Shown here: piece by piece, positions 53,277 to 62,472 of the stretch
How the letters are laid out: every line of letters starts with the position of its first letter
Position numbering within the stretch: the stretch's first letter is position 1
NCBI GenBank assembly: GCA_945862295.1
Contig: CAMAXT010000001.1
Location: 23,740 to 87,739 of the forward strand
Reading direction: 5' to 3'
DNA from: Pseudobacteriovorax antillogorgiicola
Lineage (GTDB): Bacteria; Bdellovibrionota_B; Oligoflexia; Oligoflexales; CAIYRB01
DNA length: 64,000 bases
Program-made: the position numbers and the translations under genes
The notes under the pieces: model-generated
Databases searched by the model: none
What the model saw: only the letters and a program-made list of their open reading frames with translations
Told to the model about the DNA's origin: nothing

Positions 53277-54894
53277 GTCGTTTTTCTTTCCGGTAGGTCA
53301 TGCTGGCGCCGATCAGTTCTCTAAATAATGGGTGCGGCTTAATCGGCTTACTTTTAAGTTCTGGGTGAAACTGACATGAAACAAACCACGGGTGGTCTTG
53401 CAGCTCCATCATTTCGACAAGCTCGCCATCCGGAGACACACCGCTGAAGATCATGCCGTGTTCTTCAAAAATTGTGCGGTAGTCGTTGTTAAACTCAAAT
53501 CTGTGACGGTGTCTTTCTGAAATCTTATCTGACCCATATGCCGCACGCGCTTTCGATGGTGATTTAAGCGAGCAAGGGTACGCGCCTAAACGCATAGTGC
53601 CGCCTTTTTTTGTCACGGCTTTTTGATGTTCCATAATATGGATGATTTTATTTTTTGAGTTCTCGTTAAACTCTTGGCTATTCGCATCGTTTAGTCCGAG
53701 TTTATTACGAGCAAACTCAATAGCAGCAAGTTGCATACCAAGGCAGATACCGAAAAATGGCTTTTTCTCGCGACGAAGATAGTTGATCGCAGAAATTTTT
53801 CCTTCAATACCGCGCTCACCAAACCCACCCGGAATAATCACGCCGTCACAGTCCTGCAGCAGGCCATCAACGTTGTCTTTATTGACTTCTGCCGCATCAA
53901 ATAACACGACCTCGACTTTTAACTGATGATGAATACCCGCATGAATAAGAGCTTCGGTGATCGACTTGTAGGAATCGTAAACATCCACATACTTGCCGAC
54001 GATGCCGATCTTACAAGTGCCTTTTGGATGATCGAGCGAATCGACAATCTTCTCCCACTGCTTTAAATTCGGTGCGCCAGTCCAAATATTTAGTAGATCC
54101 ACTACGGCTTGGTCAAAGCCCTGTTTATGGAGAATAAGCGGCAAACGGTAGATGTTATCAACATCCATCGCTTCGACCACCCCTTCAGGTTTGACGTTAC
54201 AGAATAGAGCGATTTTTCTTTTCTGGTCTTCTGGAATCGGACGGTCGGCACGGCATACAAGCATATTCGGCTGAATACCGATCTGGCGTAATTCTTTCAC
54301 AGAGTGCTGGGTCGGCTTTGTTTTCAACTCGCGCGCAGCGCCGATATAAGGAACAAGTGTCACATGAACGTATAGAACATTGTCGTCACCCAGGTCATAT
54401 CTGATCTGACGAATTGCTTCGAGAAACGGCAAACTTTCAATGTCACCTACGGTGCCGCCAATTTCTACGATCGCGATATCGACACCAGATGCGGCATTAT
54501 AAATATTTTCTTTGATTTGATCTGTGATGTGCGGGATGACTTGCACCGTTCCACCAAGATAGTCACCGCGGCGTTCTTTTCCAAGAACAGCATCATATAC
54601 TTGACCTGCTGAAAAACTGTTGGCTCGCGTCAGTGTTGAATTTGTAAACCGTTCATAATGACCAATATCTAGGTCTGTCTCCGCGCCGTCTTCAGTTACA
54701 AAAACTTCGCCGTGCTGAAATGGATTCATGGTGCCGGGGTCGACGTTGATATAGGGGTCGCATTTTATCAGGGTGACTTTTAGCCCCCTGGTCTCCAGCA
54801 GCGCGCCACAGCTCGCCGCTACAATTCCTTTTCCGAGCGATGAAACCACGCCACCTGTCACAAAAATAAACTTGGTGCGACTGCGTTGCCTCAT
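53266..54894 (-). CDS. pyrG: CTP synthase
   Basis: [33 protein letters not shown], GATase part GICLGMQ and HRHRFEFN. Confidence 0.97.
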   Translation of the reverse strand: MRQRSRTKFIFVTGGVVSSLGKGIVAASCGALLETRGLKVTLIKCDPYINVDPGTMNPFQHGEVFVTEDGAETDLDIGHYERFTNSTLTRANSFSAGQVYDAVLGKERRGDYLGGTVQVIPHITDQIKENIYNAASGVDIAIVEIGGTVGDIESLPFLEAIRQIRYDLGDDNVLYVHVTLVPYIGAARELKTKPTQHSVKELRQIGIQPNMLVCRADRPIPEDQKRKIALFCNVKPEGVVEAMDVDNIYRLPLILHKQGFDQAVVDLLNIWTGAPNLKQWEKIVDSLDHPKGTCKIGIVGKYVDVYDSYKSITEALIHAGIHHQLKVEVVLFDAAEVNKDNVDGLLQDCDGVIIPGGFGERGIEGKISAINYLRREKKPFFGICLGMQLAAIEFARNKLGLNDANSQEFNENSKNKIIHIMEHQKAVTKKGGTMRLGAYPCSLKSPSKARAAYGSDKISERHRHRFEFNNDYRTIFEEHGMIFSGVSPDGELVEMMELQDHPWFVSCQFHPELKSKPIKPHPLFRELIGASMTYRKEKRHET

Positions 54895-55197
54895 GGCGTA
54901 ATCCCTAATTTTTATCTGGAGTTTTAGTGGCTTACGTAGAACGAATTCTTCAGCCTGGTTGGAACTTCATACTAATTGGCAACCTCTCTTCGGTCAAGGC
55001 CTGTCTTATAAGTATTGAACCATTCGATCGGCGTTTTTGGCGTTTTTTCTACTTTGTAATGGAGATTCAATTAAAAATGAGGCGTTTGCCCTTGTTTTGG
55101 CCTAGTAAAAATCCTTTGCCGTGGTCACCTTCATACCTTTGGTCGAGGCATGATAAAATAGTACTAATCGCAACAATCCTCCCAGGAACAAAATAAA

Positions 55198-56391
55198 ATG
55201 ACCCATGGTAACCGCACCACAGCACTAAAGTGTCTGATTACACTTCTAATGATCGGCTTGTTTCTTCCTGGCTGCTTTTTAAAACCAAAGAAAAAGTCTG
55301 GGAAAAAAGCCAGCGGCAACGAACTTATCGACAGGGGTTCCATTTTTATGGATCGCGTTGGTGACGGCGATAGCGCACTCTTACAATTCAAAACATTCAG
55401 AACTGCAAAATGTAAGCTTGAGTTCTATAGTCAAGATGCTTCCTCTGAACCAATTCGAGATAAACCCGGTACTGCTGATTGCGTAAATCAAGACACCGGG
55501 AAAGTCGAATTTGCTGAAAAAATCCCAGGTCTATCAACAGATAACCTCTATTTCGTCGTAATTGTTCTGTGGGAATCTGGCGCTGATGCCGCCACTGCTC
55601 AGCGCCTAACCATCAAGGAAACAGCCAACACCGACACAGTCATTACTGACGGCGGTGAGGATCTAAAACTTTCTACCGTTAGTGTTGCGCGTTTAAACGT
55701 TCCCCTAAAAGTCGGTGAGTTCCACCGCTATAAGTTTGATACACCGATCGACATCTCTGAATTGAAACAATCACTCGTCATGGCTGGCGGCTGTAAGGCG
55801 GGCGTACCAACTGAAGCTCCCACACTCAGCAAATCTAATACCGAAATGCCTATTCCTAATCTCGCTACTAGGGATTTTGCTGCCGGTACTGCAGGTAAAC
55901 ATCCCGAGTATCCCGACCGTCTACAAATCACATACACCGGTGTGAACGAGTTGATGGAAAAGTGGACTCTACTTTATACCGAAGCTGGAAAAGATCACTC
56001 AATCACGGCTCGGCCAGTAAGTCGGATCATAAATTTAGAGATGCAGTCAGATTTAACAGCTATGGCATTCGGCGAACCGCAACTTGCTGAGGCCGCTGAC
56101 CCATTAAAAATCTCCGATCTAAAACCGCTAAAGCTGACTTGGACTGTTGGATCGACCTTATTAGAAAACACTTTTATGACAGTCCAAATTGGTAGAGCCG
56201 AAGACCCGAAAGCTGTTTATTGCGTATTTCCAGCAGCAAAACGCAGTGGTGAAATTCCACCTCAACTTTTAAGTGGCCTCGAAGAAGGGCGACACGTTGT
56301 TCTTGTTGAGATGATCGCCAATCAGATCTGGCTTAAAGATTCTTGGGTAATCACAACTTATGACTGGCGATCCGGAAGGATTGAAAAATAA
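55198..56391 (+). CDS. hypothetical lipoprotein
   Basis: 397 aa. MTHGNRTTALKCLITLLMIGLFLPGCF with lipobox LPGC. No family recognised. Confidence 0.6.
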   Translation: MTHGNRTTALKCLITLLMIGLFLPGCFLKPKKKSGKKASGNELIDRGSIFMDRVGDGDSALLQFKTFRTAKCKLEFYSQDASSEPIRDKPGTADCVNQDTGKVEFAEKIPGLSTDNLYFVVIVLWESGADAATAQRLTIKETANTDTVITDGGEDLKLSTVSVARLNVPLKVGEFHRYKFDTPIDISELKQSLVMAGGCKAGVPTEAPTLSKSNTEMPIPNLATRDFAAGTAGKHPEYPDRLQITYTGVNELMEKWTLLYTEAGKDHSITARPVSRIINLEMQSDLTAMAFGEPQLAEAADPLKISDLKPLKLTWTVGSTLLENTFMTVQIGRAEDPKAVYCVFPAAKRSGEIPPQLLSGLEEGRHVVLVEMIANQIWLKDSWVITTYDWRSGRIEK

Positions 56392-56448
56392 TCTGCCTTT
56401 AGCTCTCTAGCAGACACTGCAAGAGTTTCGGTTCATTAAGCGAGTGAA

Positions 56449-57507
56449 GTGTTGCATTTTATATATACAATTCTGCTTTTAAGCTTTTGTTCAATATGCT
56501 TTTCGTCTCGAGCAATCTCTGGAGTAGTCAAAGAAATTGGCAAAAGTCAGGTGACCGTCGATCCTGACGGTGAGACCTATAAAAAAGGTGATCAACTCTG
56601 CATTTATACATCTAAAAACAAGAAGATCGACTGCGGCACAATAACTGTCGTCAAGAGCACTTCCGTCATCGTTAAACTCCCGACAAAAAAGAACATCAAG
56701 AAAATCAAAAGGGGCATGCTTGTAAACCCCGCGACCGATGAAGCAGCAACGGCGGCTGGGGGCGTAAAACCAGGCGCATTGGCAGCAACACCTAAAAAAG
56801 AAAGATTTAATCTTTGGATGGGTTGGTCGCCGACCTTGATGTCACCATCGACGTTCAACAGCGTTGGCTATGTTGCTCCAACGACCGAGACGCCACTAAC
56901 ACTTTGGGAAGCGGACGAAGCGGTTGCAAAAACGATGATCGGAGCTGTTCTGCAGGTCGGTTTTCCGATCGGCCCTGTCGCACTCTTACCCGGATTTCGC
57001 TACCGGATGTTCGTTCCCAGTCGCGTCGATACCGATTACTTTCCAAAGAAACTCAATCCATTCGTGTCCTCATTAACAACCGCAACGACCATTGGATTGT
57101 TTACCGACGTTCGCTATTTAAATATTCCAATGGGAACAGCCTTCGCTCTGTTCGCTACTGGAGGTTTGGATATTGAGATGTCGAGTTTGAGTTTTAAGTC
57201 GACAAAAAAAGACGATACCGGTGCTACGGCCGAGTCGCCCATGGCGTCGGCTGAATCAAGCGTTACTGTGATTTCTCTGCGGGCTGGTGGTGGATTCAAT
57301 TTAATTCCTTTCAGGCCATTTGGCGCATCGCTAGGAATCAACTTACTTTTGCCAGTAGCGGAGTTTGGGGGAAAATTCTCGGGGAGTATTGAGCAGACTG
57401 AGACGAAGGGAATTGTGGCTCCGGGGAACGATTTAAAAGCTGCCATCGGACACAAGAAAAACAAGTTTGGTCTCGATGCACAGCTCTCTATTCTTCTAGC
57501 TTTCTAA
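56449..57507 (+). CDS. hypothetical outer-membrane protein (small N-terminal beta domain plus beta-barrel-like C-terminal part)
   Basis: 352 aa. GTG start, signal peptide. Alternating-hydrophobicity C-terminal 230 aa ending ...LSILLAF (terminal Phe). Confidence 0.55.
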   Translation: MLHFIYTILLLSFCSICFSSRAISGVVKEIGKSQVTVDPDGETYKKGDQLCIYTSKNKKIDCGTITVVKSTSVIVKLPTKKNIKKIKRGMLVNPATDEAATAAGGVKPGALAATPKKERFNLWMGWSPTLMSPSTFNSVGYVAPTTETPLTLWEADEAVAKTMIGAVLQVGFPIGPVALLPGFRYRMFVPSRVDTDYFPKKLNPFVSSLTTATTIGLFTDVRYLNIPMGTAFALFATGGLDIEMSSLSFKSTKKDDTGATAESPMASAESSVTVISLRAGGGFNLIPFRPFGASLGINLLLPVAEFGGKFSGSIEQTETKGIVAPGNDLKAAIGHKKNKFGLDAQLSILLAF

Positions 57508-57508
57508 A

Positions 57509-59929
57509 TTACTTCTTCTTAGTTGGTAGTACGATTTGACGAATTGTTCCACGGCTCTGAACCGGAACATAAGAGATACCCGCAACTACACGGTAATCCG
57601 GTGATCCGTAACCGCGGCCGATACCAGTACCTAGCGCTAAGCTAGATTCCAAAGAATTCGTCCATTTTAGTTTACCCACTGCTTGCCACTCAGCAGGGTT
57701 TGTCTTAGTGAAGTCGATTTTCTCACCACTATGAAACTTACCGAATAAACTACCACCCAAGGACATGATGCCAGTTAGCCGGTAGTCAGCACCAAAAGAC
57801 ACTGGGCTATAGCCGGTTATTTTAAGGGTCGTTGTTCTGTCATCCTGTAGCTCCAACGCTTTTTCTCTGTGCATGTAACCAAGGTTGGTTGCCCAAGAAA
57901 GGCTACCTGTGCGCCCAGAAACCGCGATGAGGGCGCCGTAACTAGCAGTACCGTCGCCCAAGAGATAGCCGCTATTGCCAGTCGGTAGATTAACTTGCGG
58001 CATCGCACTCAAAGACCAGCTGGCTTTAGAAACAAGGCCCCATTTAGCAAAAATAGACGAATCTGATGGCTGACCTAAACTTCCGCCGTCGACTTCTTCA
58101 CCGTTAACTTCACGGTTAACGTCTGTTTTATGGACGTAAGGAAGGTGAAACCCTACCGAAACTTTATTGAATAGACCGAAGTTTCCTGAAAAGTGCGCGG
58201 TCACCATATCGTCAGTGACGCCTTTAATTCTTTTGCCCTTTTCGCCGCCAATTTCAACGGGGTCGTTGGCATAATCACCGTAAAGACCTGCATTGTAAGT
58301 ACCAGAATTGATAACTTGACCAGTTTCAGTATTACCGACGCCGTCTACTACTGGACGGTAGTGCTGGGAATTCAAACCAGAGACTTTTTCTTCTGCCTGC
58401 GCTTCACCAGAAGGCGCCGCCGCCATTGCGGCCAAAACAGCAACTGCAGTTACGCTTAAACGTGAAAATGAGCGTCGCAAAGCGATTACGAGCGGCAAGA
58501 AAAATAGTACAAAGAACCATTTTGATTTCGCGCTGTCGTTACCAATAACTCCGCAGCTTCCTGATCCACCTTGCATGTCTTTGATCGTTGGACCAACAAC
58601 AGACGGATCGAGTGCTTCGGCTTTACAGAACATTTCATTGTCGGAAAAGTCTGCATCGGCGCCGGGAACAACGCTTGTGTTTACTTTAAAATCAAATGGT
58701 ACCATTGCGCCATTTGCATAAACTTCAAGCCTTAGATCTAAAGCACTCCCTGACGGTAGGTTTTGAATCAAAATCTGTTGGCCAGACAACGATACCGCAT
58801 TTGATTCCTGACCATTAATCAAAAGAACTGCGCGCTCCGGAATGATATTTGTTTGACCTTGAACAAGTAGCTCGGTGGCAAGTTTAGCAGCGATGCCAGC
58901 GGCATTACTTTCAATCGCCGTGCCACCTGAAAGTGCGGCGATTTGTGCCATGTTTTTTGTGATGTCTGTTCTGTTTACGAGCCAGTTTGCTGGATCAGTG
59001 CTTTTTTCAGAACAATCCGCAGCGGGACGATCTGGAAGTGCACACATATTTTCGAAACTGTCTTTATAGGTGCCGTCATAATATGGTTTTGTTAGCGGTG
59101 CAGTGACAATATTTAAGCGCAATTTTCTTACTGTTTCAAAGCTATATGCTGTATGCATGGTGTCATAAGCGGCAACGTAGTTCGGGGCTTTTAAGAATGA
59201 ATAAGTGTCGCCAGCTGTGCCTGCATAGCTGAGACCAGTACTAAATATCAACATACCTATCTGACGACCTTCATTTGCGACGAGCAAGCCGTCATTAACG
59301 AGATTCGCCACGATATCCAAACTGCTGGCCGACGAAGTCGATCCTGCTGAATATTTTCCTTCAGTTTCTGCGAGTAATTCAAGAAGCGCGGCTTTATGCG
59401 TGGCGTCTGTAACTCTTTTCGCTTTCAAATAGCTGCACGGAAATTCGCCTACGAATGATATTTTACCGCCGATATATTCGCGACAGTCGGCAAAACTAGA
59501 AAACATCGTTAGGGAAATATTCGGTGCTTTTTCTGGATTTGATTTATAGGTTTCGCTCAACTGATTGATTAAATCGATTGTTACAGAAATGCTGTCAGCT
59601 CGCAGTTTTTTACGTAATTTATCAGGTATTGAGTTGCTATTACTGCGATCGATTCCGATGACTATATCTTTATGGGTTCCACTTGCAGATGTATCCGATA
59701 TACATGCATTTGTTTGCATACCGTATAGGTTGTCCGTAAGTTTCCATTCGTAGCTATGCTGCAGTTTCTCTCTCGAAAGGCAGTTTTGCGTCTGCACTCT
59801 TTGCAGATCTGCGATGCATCTGTTTTGATCGTCCTGACCTTGGGCTGGATTGGAAGCCGTGTAAAGAACTGCACAGAGAGTCAAATTTTTAAACGTTTTA
59901 ACAGTCATGTTGAACATCCCGCATTTCAA
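57509..59929 (-). CDS. vWA-domain protein fused in frame to a signal-peptide-bearing beta-barrel module
   Basis: 806 codons. N-terminal signal peptide and vWA with MIDAS DRSNS (GIDRSNSNS). Internal GGSGSCG...WFFVLFFLPLVIALRRS followed by SRLSVTAVAVLAAMAAAPSGEAQA-EE and about 300 aa of barrel-like sequence. See findings. Confidence 0.7.
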   Translation of the reverse strand: MKCGMFNMTVKTFKNLTLCAVLYTASNPAQGQDDQNRCIADLQRVQTQNCLSREKLQHSYEWKLTDNLYGMQTNACISDTSASGTHKDIVIGIDRSNSNSIPDKLRKKLRADSISVTIDLINQLSETYKSNPEKAPNISLTMFSSFADCREYIGGKISFVGEFPCSYLKAKRVTDATHKAALLELLAETEGKYSAGSTSSASSLDIVANLVNDGLLVANEGRQIGMLIFSTGLSYAGTAGDTYSFLKAPNYVAAYDTMHTAYSFETVRKLRLNIVTAPLTKPYYDGTYKDSFENMCALPDRPAADCSEKSTDPANWLVNRTDITKNMAQIAALSGGTAIESNAAGIAAKLATELLVQGQTNIIPERAVLLINGQESNAVSLSGQQILIQNLPSGSALDLRLEVYANGAMVPFDFKVNTSVVPGADADFSDNEMFCKAEALDPSVVGPTIKDMQGGSGSCGVIGNDSAKSKWFFVLFFLPLVIALRRSFSRLSVTAVAVLAAMAAAPSGEAQAEEKVSGLNSQHYRPVVDGVGNTETGQVINSGTYNAGLYGDYANDPVEIGGEKGKRIKGVTDDMVTAHFSGNFGLFNKVSVGFHLPYVHKTDVNREVNGEEVDGGSLGQPSDSSIFAKWGLVSKASWSLSAMPQVNLPTGNSGYLLGDGTASYGALIAVSGRTGSLSWATNLGYMHREKALELQDDRTTTLKITGYSPVSFGADYRLTGIMSLGGSLFGKFHSGEKIDFTKTNPAEWQAVGKLKWTNSLESSLALGTGIGRGYGSPDYRVVAGISYVPVQSRGTIRQIVLPTKKK

Positions 59930-60009
59930 TTATCAGCAATTAAATCAGCTGCATAGGGAACCTAGGGCTGGTTTTAATAGAATCTATTAGTCCAGCATAG
60001 TCTAAATAA

Positions 60010-60025
60010 TGCTAATTCTATGCCA
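60010..60025 (-). promoter_or_regulatory. sigma-54-type promoter (-24/-12) upstream of the vWA/barrel ORF
   Basis: The minus strand reads TGGCAT-AGAAT-TAGCA against the consensus TGGCAC-N5-TTGCA, with correct GG-N10-GC spacing. It is 81 nt upstream of the ATG at 59929 in an AT-rich region with upstream inverted repeats. Confidence 0.5.
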
Positions 60026-60244
60026 CTGTTATTTTCTATTAAAACACATTAAAAACAATGTGTTACTATGCTGATATATGGTTTGTGTGTATAAACAATG
60101 CTGATCATTACATATATATATGCCGTATAAATTATACTATGAAAAATCTGCCTAGTAATACTTTGGATTAAAATCATTGGAAAATTTTGCGGAAAAATTG
60201 CGATGAGTAAAAATGGAACAAAAAAGCGTAGGAATGGTGCGAAC

Positions 60245-61375
60245 TCAAAATTCCGAAGAAAAACGCCCAACCGAAAATTGAGGTTCACATAAAAAAGCGG
60301 AGGAGCCTGAGTAATACTTGGCCAGATTAGCAGCAAAAAGCGGAGCAAGTTGCAGCCCACTCTTATAAAAACCGGAAAAGAGTACCACTTTGAGTGGTGA
60401 GTTTGGGACCTTAAGCTCTCCAATACAGGGCGCAATATCCCTATACTTGCCCCTTACCCCGGCATAGGTTGTGGAAAACCTGGGATTAAACCCGATATCG
60501 ACGAATCGCGAGTCCATACCCAGCCTACCTTCCCCACGATCTGATCCAAATCGCGGACCTGGGGAAAAGTCTTCGGTATCGAGACTAGACGACCCATACC
60601 TGCCTCCACCTTCGAATCCGATTAGGTGCCTCTGCCCCATGTGGATAATCTGGGGGCAGGCATGGGAGAACTTGGGGATCACTAAGGTCTCGCCGTAGAC
60701 GCCCTTTTGTCTAGGTGCCGTTATCATTGAATTTTCAAGTATTTTATCCGCACAAATGCCAGCAGCGACAATTACTCGATTTGATTTGTAGCAAGACTTC
60801 TTTCCCTCAAGGGCAAGTGTCGACTCGCAGGCTTCGACCTTAGATATTTCATCATCGAAGAAGGTGACACCTCGGACTTGGAGGGCTTTGGTCAGGGCTT
60901 CTATCCCAATGCGTGGATCAAACCAGAAATCTCGGTCATAGAGCGCAGTTCCAAGAGGAGCTTTTTCGTATAACTCATTTAAATCATTAGTTGGCTTCGT
61001 GAAGGTAGCGCCCGTATGACCCGAAAAGGCCCGATGAAACACCCGCTCTCGAATCGTTTCATATTCCCTCATTGTCCAGAAGGGTTCATACGACGAACAT
61101 GCCATTTGAGGAATATTAATTCCGGACGCAGTTTCGAGTTCTTTCACCCATGTCATCAGGAATTGGTGACCGTCGACTTTGGCTGAAAAGAGGGGTTTAT
61201 TCGCATGCCATTGGCCTTTGAGAGAACTTAGTCCGACCGCAGCACCAGTCGCCGACCTATTGATGTCGTTTGGACCGATTACTACAACTGAAAAACCTAT
61301 CTTCTGTAATTCGAACGCGGCTGCGAGACCTGCTATCCCACGCCCAATTATGGTGATCCTGCTGTCTTTTAACAT
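60245..61375 (-). CDS. FAD-dependent oxidoreductase (DAO / glycine-oxidase-like family)
   Basis: N-terminal dinucleotide fold ITIIGRGIAGLAAAFELQKIGFSVVVIG. The length (376 aa) and C-terminal pattern are typical of the DAO family. Confidence 0.8.
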   Translation of the reverse strand: MLKDSRITIIGRGIAGLAAAFELQKIGFSVVVIGPNDINRSATGAAVGLSSLKGQWHANKPLFSAKVDGHQFLMTWVKELETASGINIPQMACSSYEPFWTMREYETIRERVFHRAFSGHTGATFTKPTNDLNELYEKAPLGTALYDRDFWFDPRIGIEALTKALQVRGVTFFDDEISKVEACESTLALEGKKSCYKSNRVIVAAGICADKILENSMITAPRQKGVYGETLVIPKFSHACPQIIHMGQRHLIGFEGGGRYGSSSLDTEDFSPGPRFGSDRGEGRLGMDSRFVDIGFNPRFSTTYAGVRGKYRDIAPCIGELKVPNSPLKVVLFSGFYKSGLQLAPLFAANLAKYYSGSSAFLCEPQFSVGRFSSEF

Positions 61376-61398
61376 GGTATCGTATTGAAATCTCTGGA

Positions 61399-62472
61399 TT
61401 AGTTTAGGGCTGTGAAAACACGAGATCTTAGATCGGTGATCGCACGGTTAACGCGGCCGCTTATAACACGATTGGTGAACAAAATAGCAAACCGTTTCTC
61501 GGTCCAATCAACCCAAAATGCCGTTCCGGTGAAGCCGAGATGACCCATCCCTTTGCCAGACGCATACCCAGAAGCACTGCGATCAGCACCTTGTCGCCAG
61601 CCGAAGAGGGATTCATTGGCTTTTTGAGAAGGCTTATTTGCAATGATGTGATTTGCATTAAGTTCTAAAAAGCGGTTTACGGTTTTGTCATGGTTAAACC
61701 AACGGAGTAGAGTTGCCAAGCCGTAAGCATTCCCAAAGACTCCGGCGTGTCCGGTCTGTCCCCCAAGGCTTGCACTATTTTCATCATGGACTTCACCTAT
61801 CAAAATCCGGCTCCGAATCGGGCAGTATGCTGATGGGATAAAGGTCGCACCGGACTTGATATGTACTGGATAGTTTATTGTAGATCCGGTCTTATCTGCA
61901 GGAGCTGCCATCTCACAAAAGAGATCTGCCAGGTCCATTTCGTAATAGGACTCAAGAGCTAATCCTAAAAGAATGAAACCCAAATCGCTGTAGTTGGGTT
62001 TTAAACTCAAAGCTTCTGGTGTCAGCTGGTTAAATTTCTCAATAATTTCATTGGATCGCTCTGACCTACTTACAGATTGGTTGCCAACCCCAAGTCGGCA
62101 CATCCAAAAATTCCGCCAAGGCGGTAATCCACTCTCGTGTCGGAGAAGATTTTTTACCTGAAGGGATTTGAAGTGATTATTTAGCTTTTCAGGCCAAATT
62201 TTGAACAGCTGCTCAAGCAGCGCAGTCTCTGGGTCTAGCTTCAACATCATCATAAGTCGATAAACTAGGGGAGCTGTGCAGACTGCTTTCGTTATGCTAG
62301 CCAGGTCAAAGATCTGAGCCCCATCCTTCGCAATCAAAACATCGCAATAGATTTCGCTTGCCGTCAAAGACCCGGCCAAACAATGGGCGTGGGTAAAAAA
62401 TCCTGTCGTGTAATATTCATTCAATATCGCTGACACGGTTTTATTCAATGCGGCGTCCATCTTAGGACCCAA
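61399..62472 (-). CDS. serine hydrolase, beta-lactamase (class C/PBP4*-like) family
   Basis: S-x-x-K motif LASITKAV near the N-terminus and HLGFTGTAFWVD near the C-terminus. No obvious signal peptide. Confidence 0.8.
   Translation of the reverse strand: MGPKMDAALNKTVSAILNEYYTTGFFTHAHCLAGSLTASEIYCDVLIAKDGAQIFDLASITKAVCTAPLVYRLMMMLKLDPETALLEQLFKIWPEKLNNHFKSLQVKNLLRHESGLPPWRNFWMCRLGVGNQSVSRSERSNEIIEKFNQLTPEALSLKPNYSDLGFILLGLALESYYEMDLADLFCEMAAPADKTGSTINYPVHIKSGATFIPSAYCPIRSRILIGEVHDENSASLGGQTGHAGVFGNAYGLATLLRWFNHDKTVNRFLELNANHIIANKPSQKANESLFGWRQGADRSASGYASGKGMGHLGFTGTAFWVDWTEKRFAILFTNRVISGRVNRAITDLRSRVFTALN

Noticed and set aside
54927-55196. 89-aa plus-strand ORF between pyrG and the lipoprotein gene
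   Set aside because: It has no SD (GTG start) and lies in the divergent promoter region. The composition is odd (Trp/Phe/Arg-rich) and no motif is present.
60203-60292. 29-aa highly basic plus-strand ORF (MSKNGTKKRRNGANSKFRRKTPNRKLRFT)
   Set aside because: There is no SD and it overlaps the oxidoreductase stop region on the opposite strand. The basic composition is expected from an A-rich sequence.
60049-60435. 128-aa minus-strand ORF
   Set aside because: It runs through the AT-rich intergenic control region and overlaps the 3' end of the oxidoreductase gene in another frame. The sequence is low-complexity Phe/Leu/Ile-rich.
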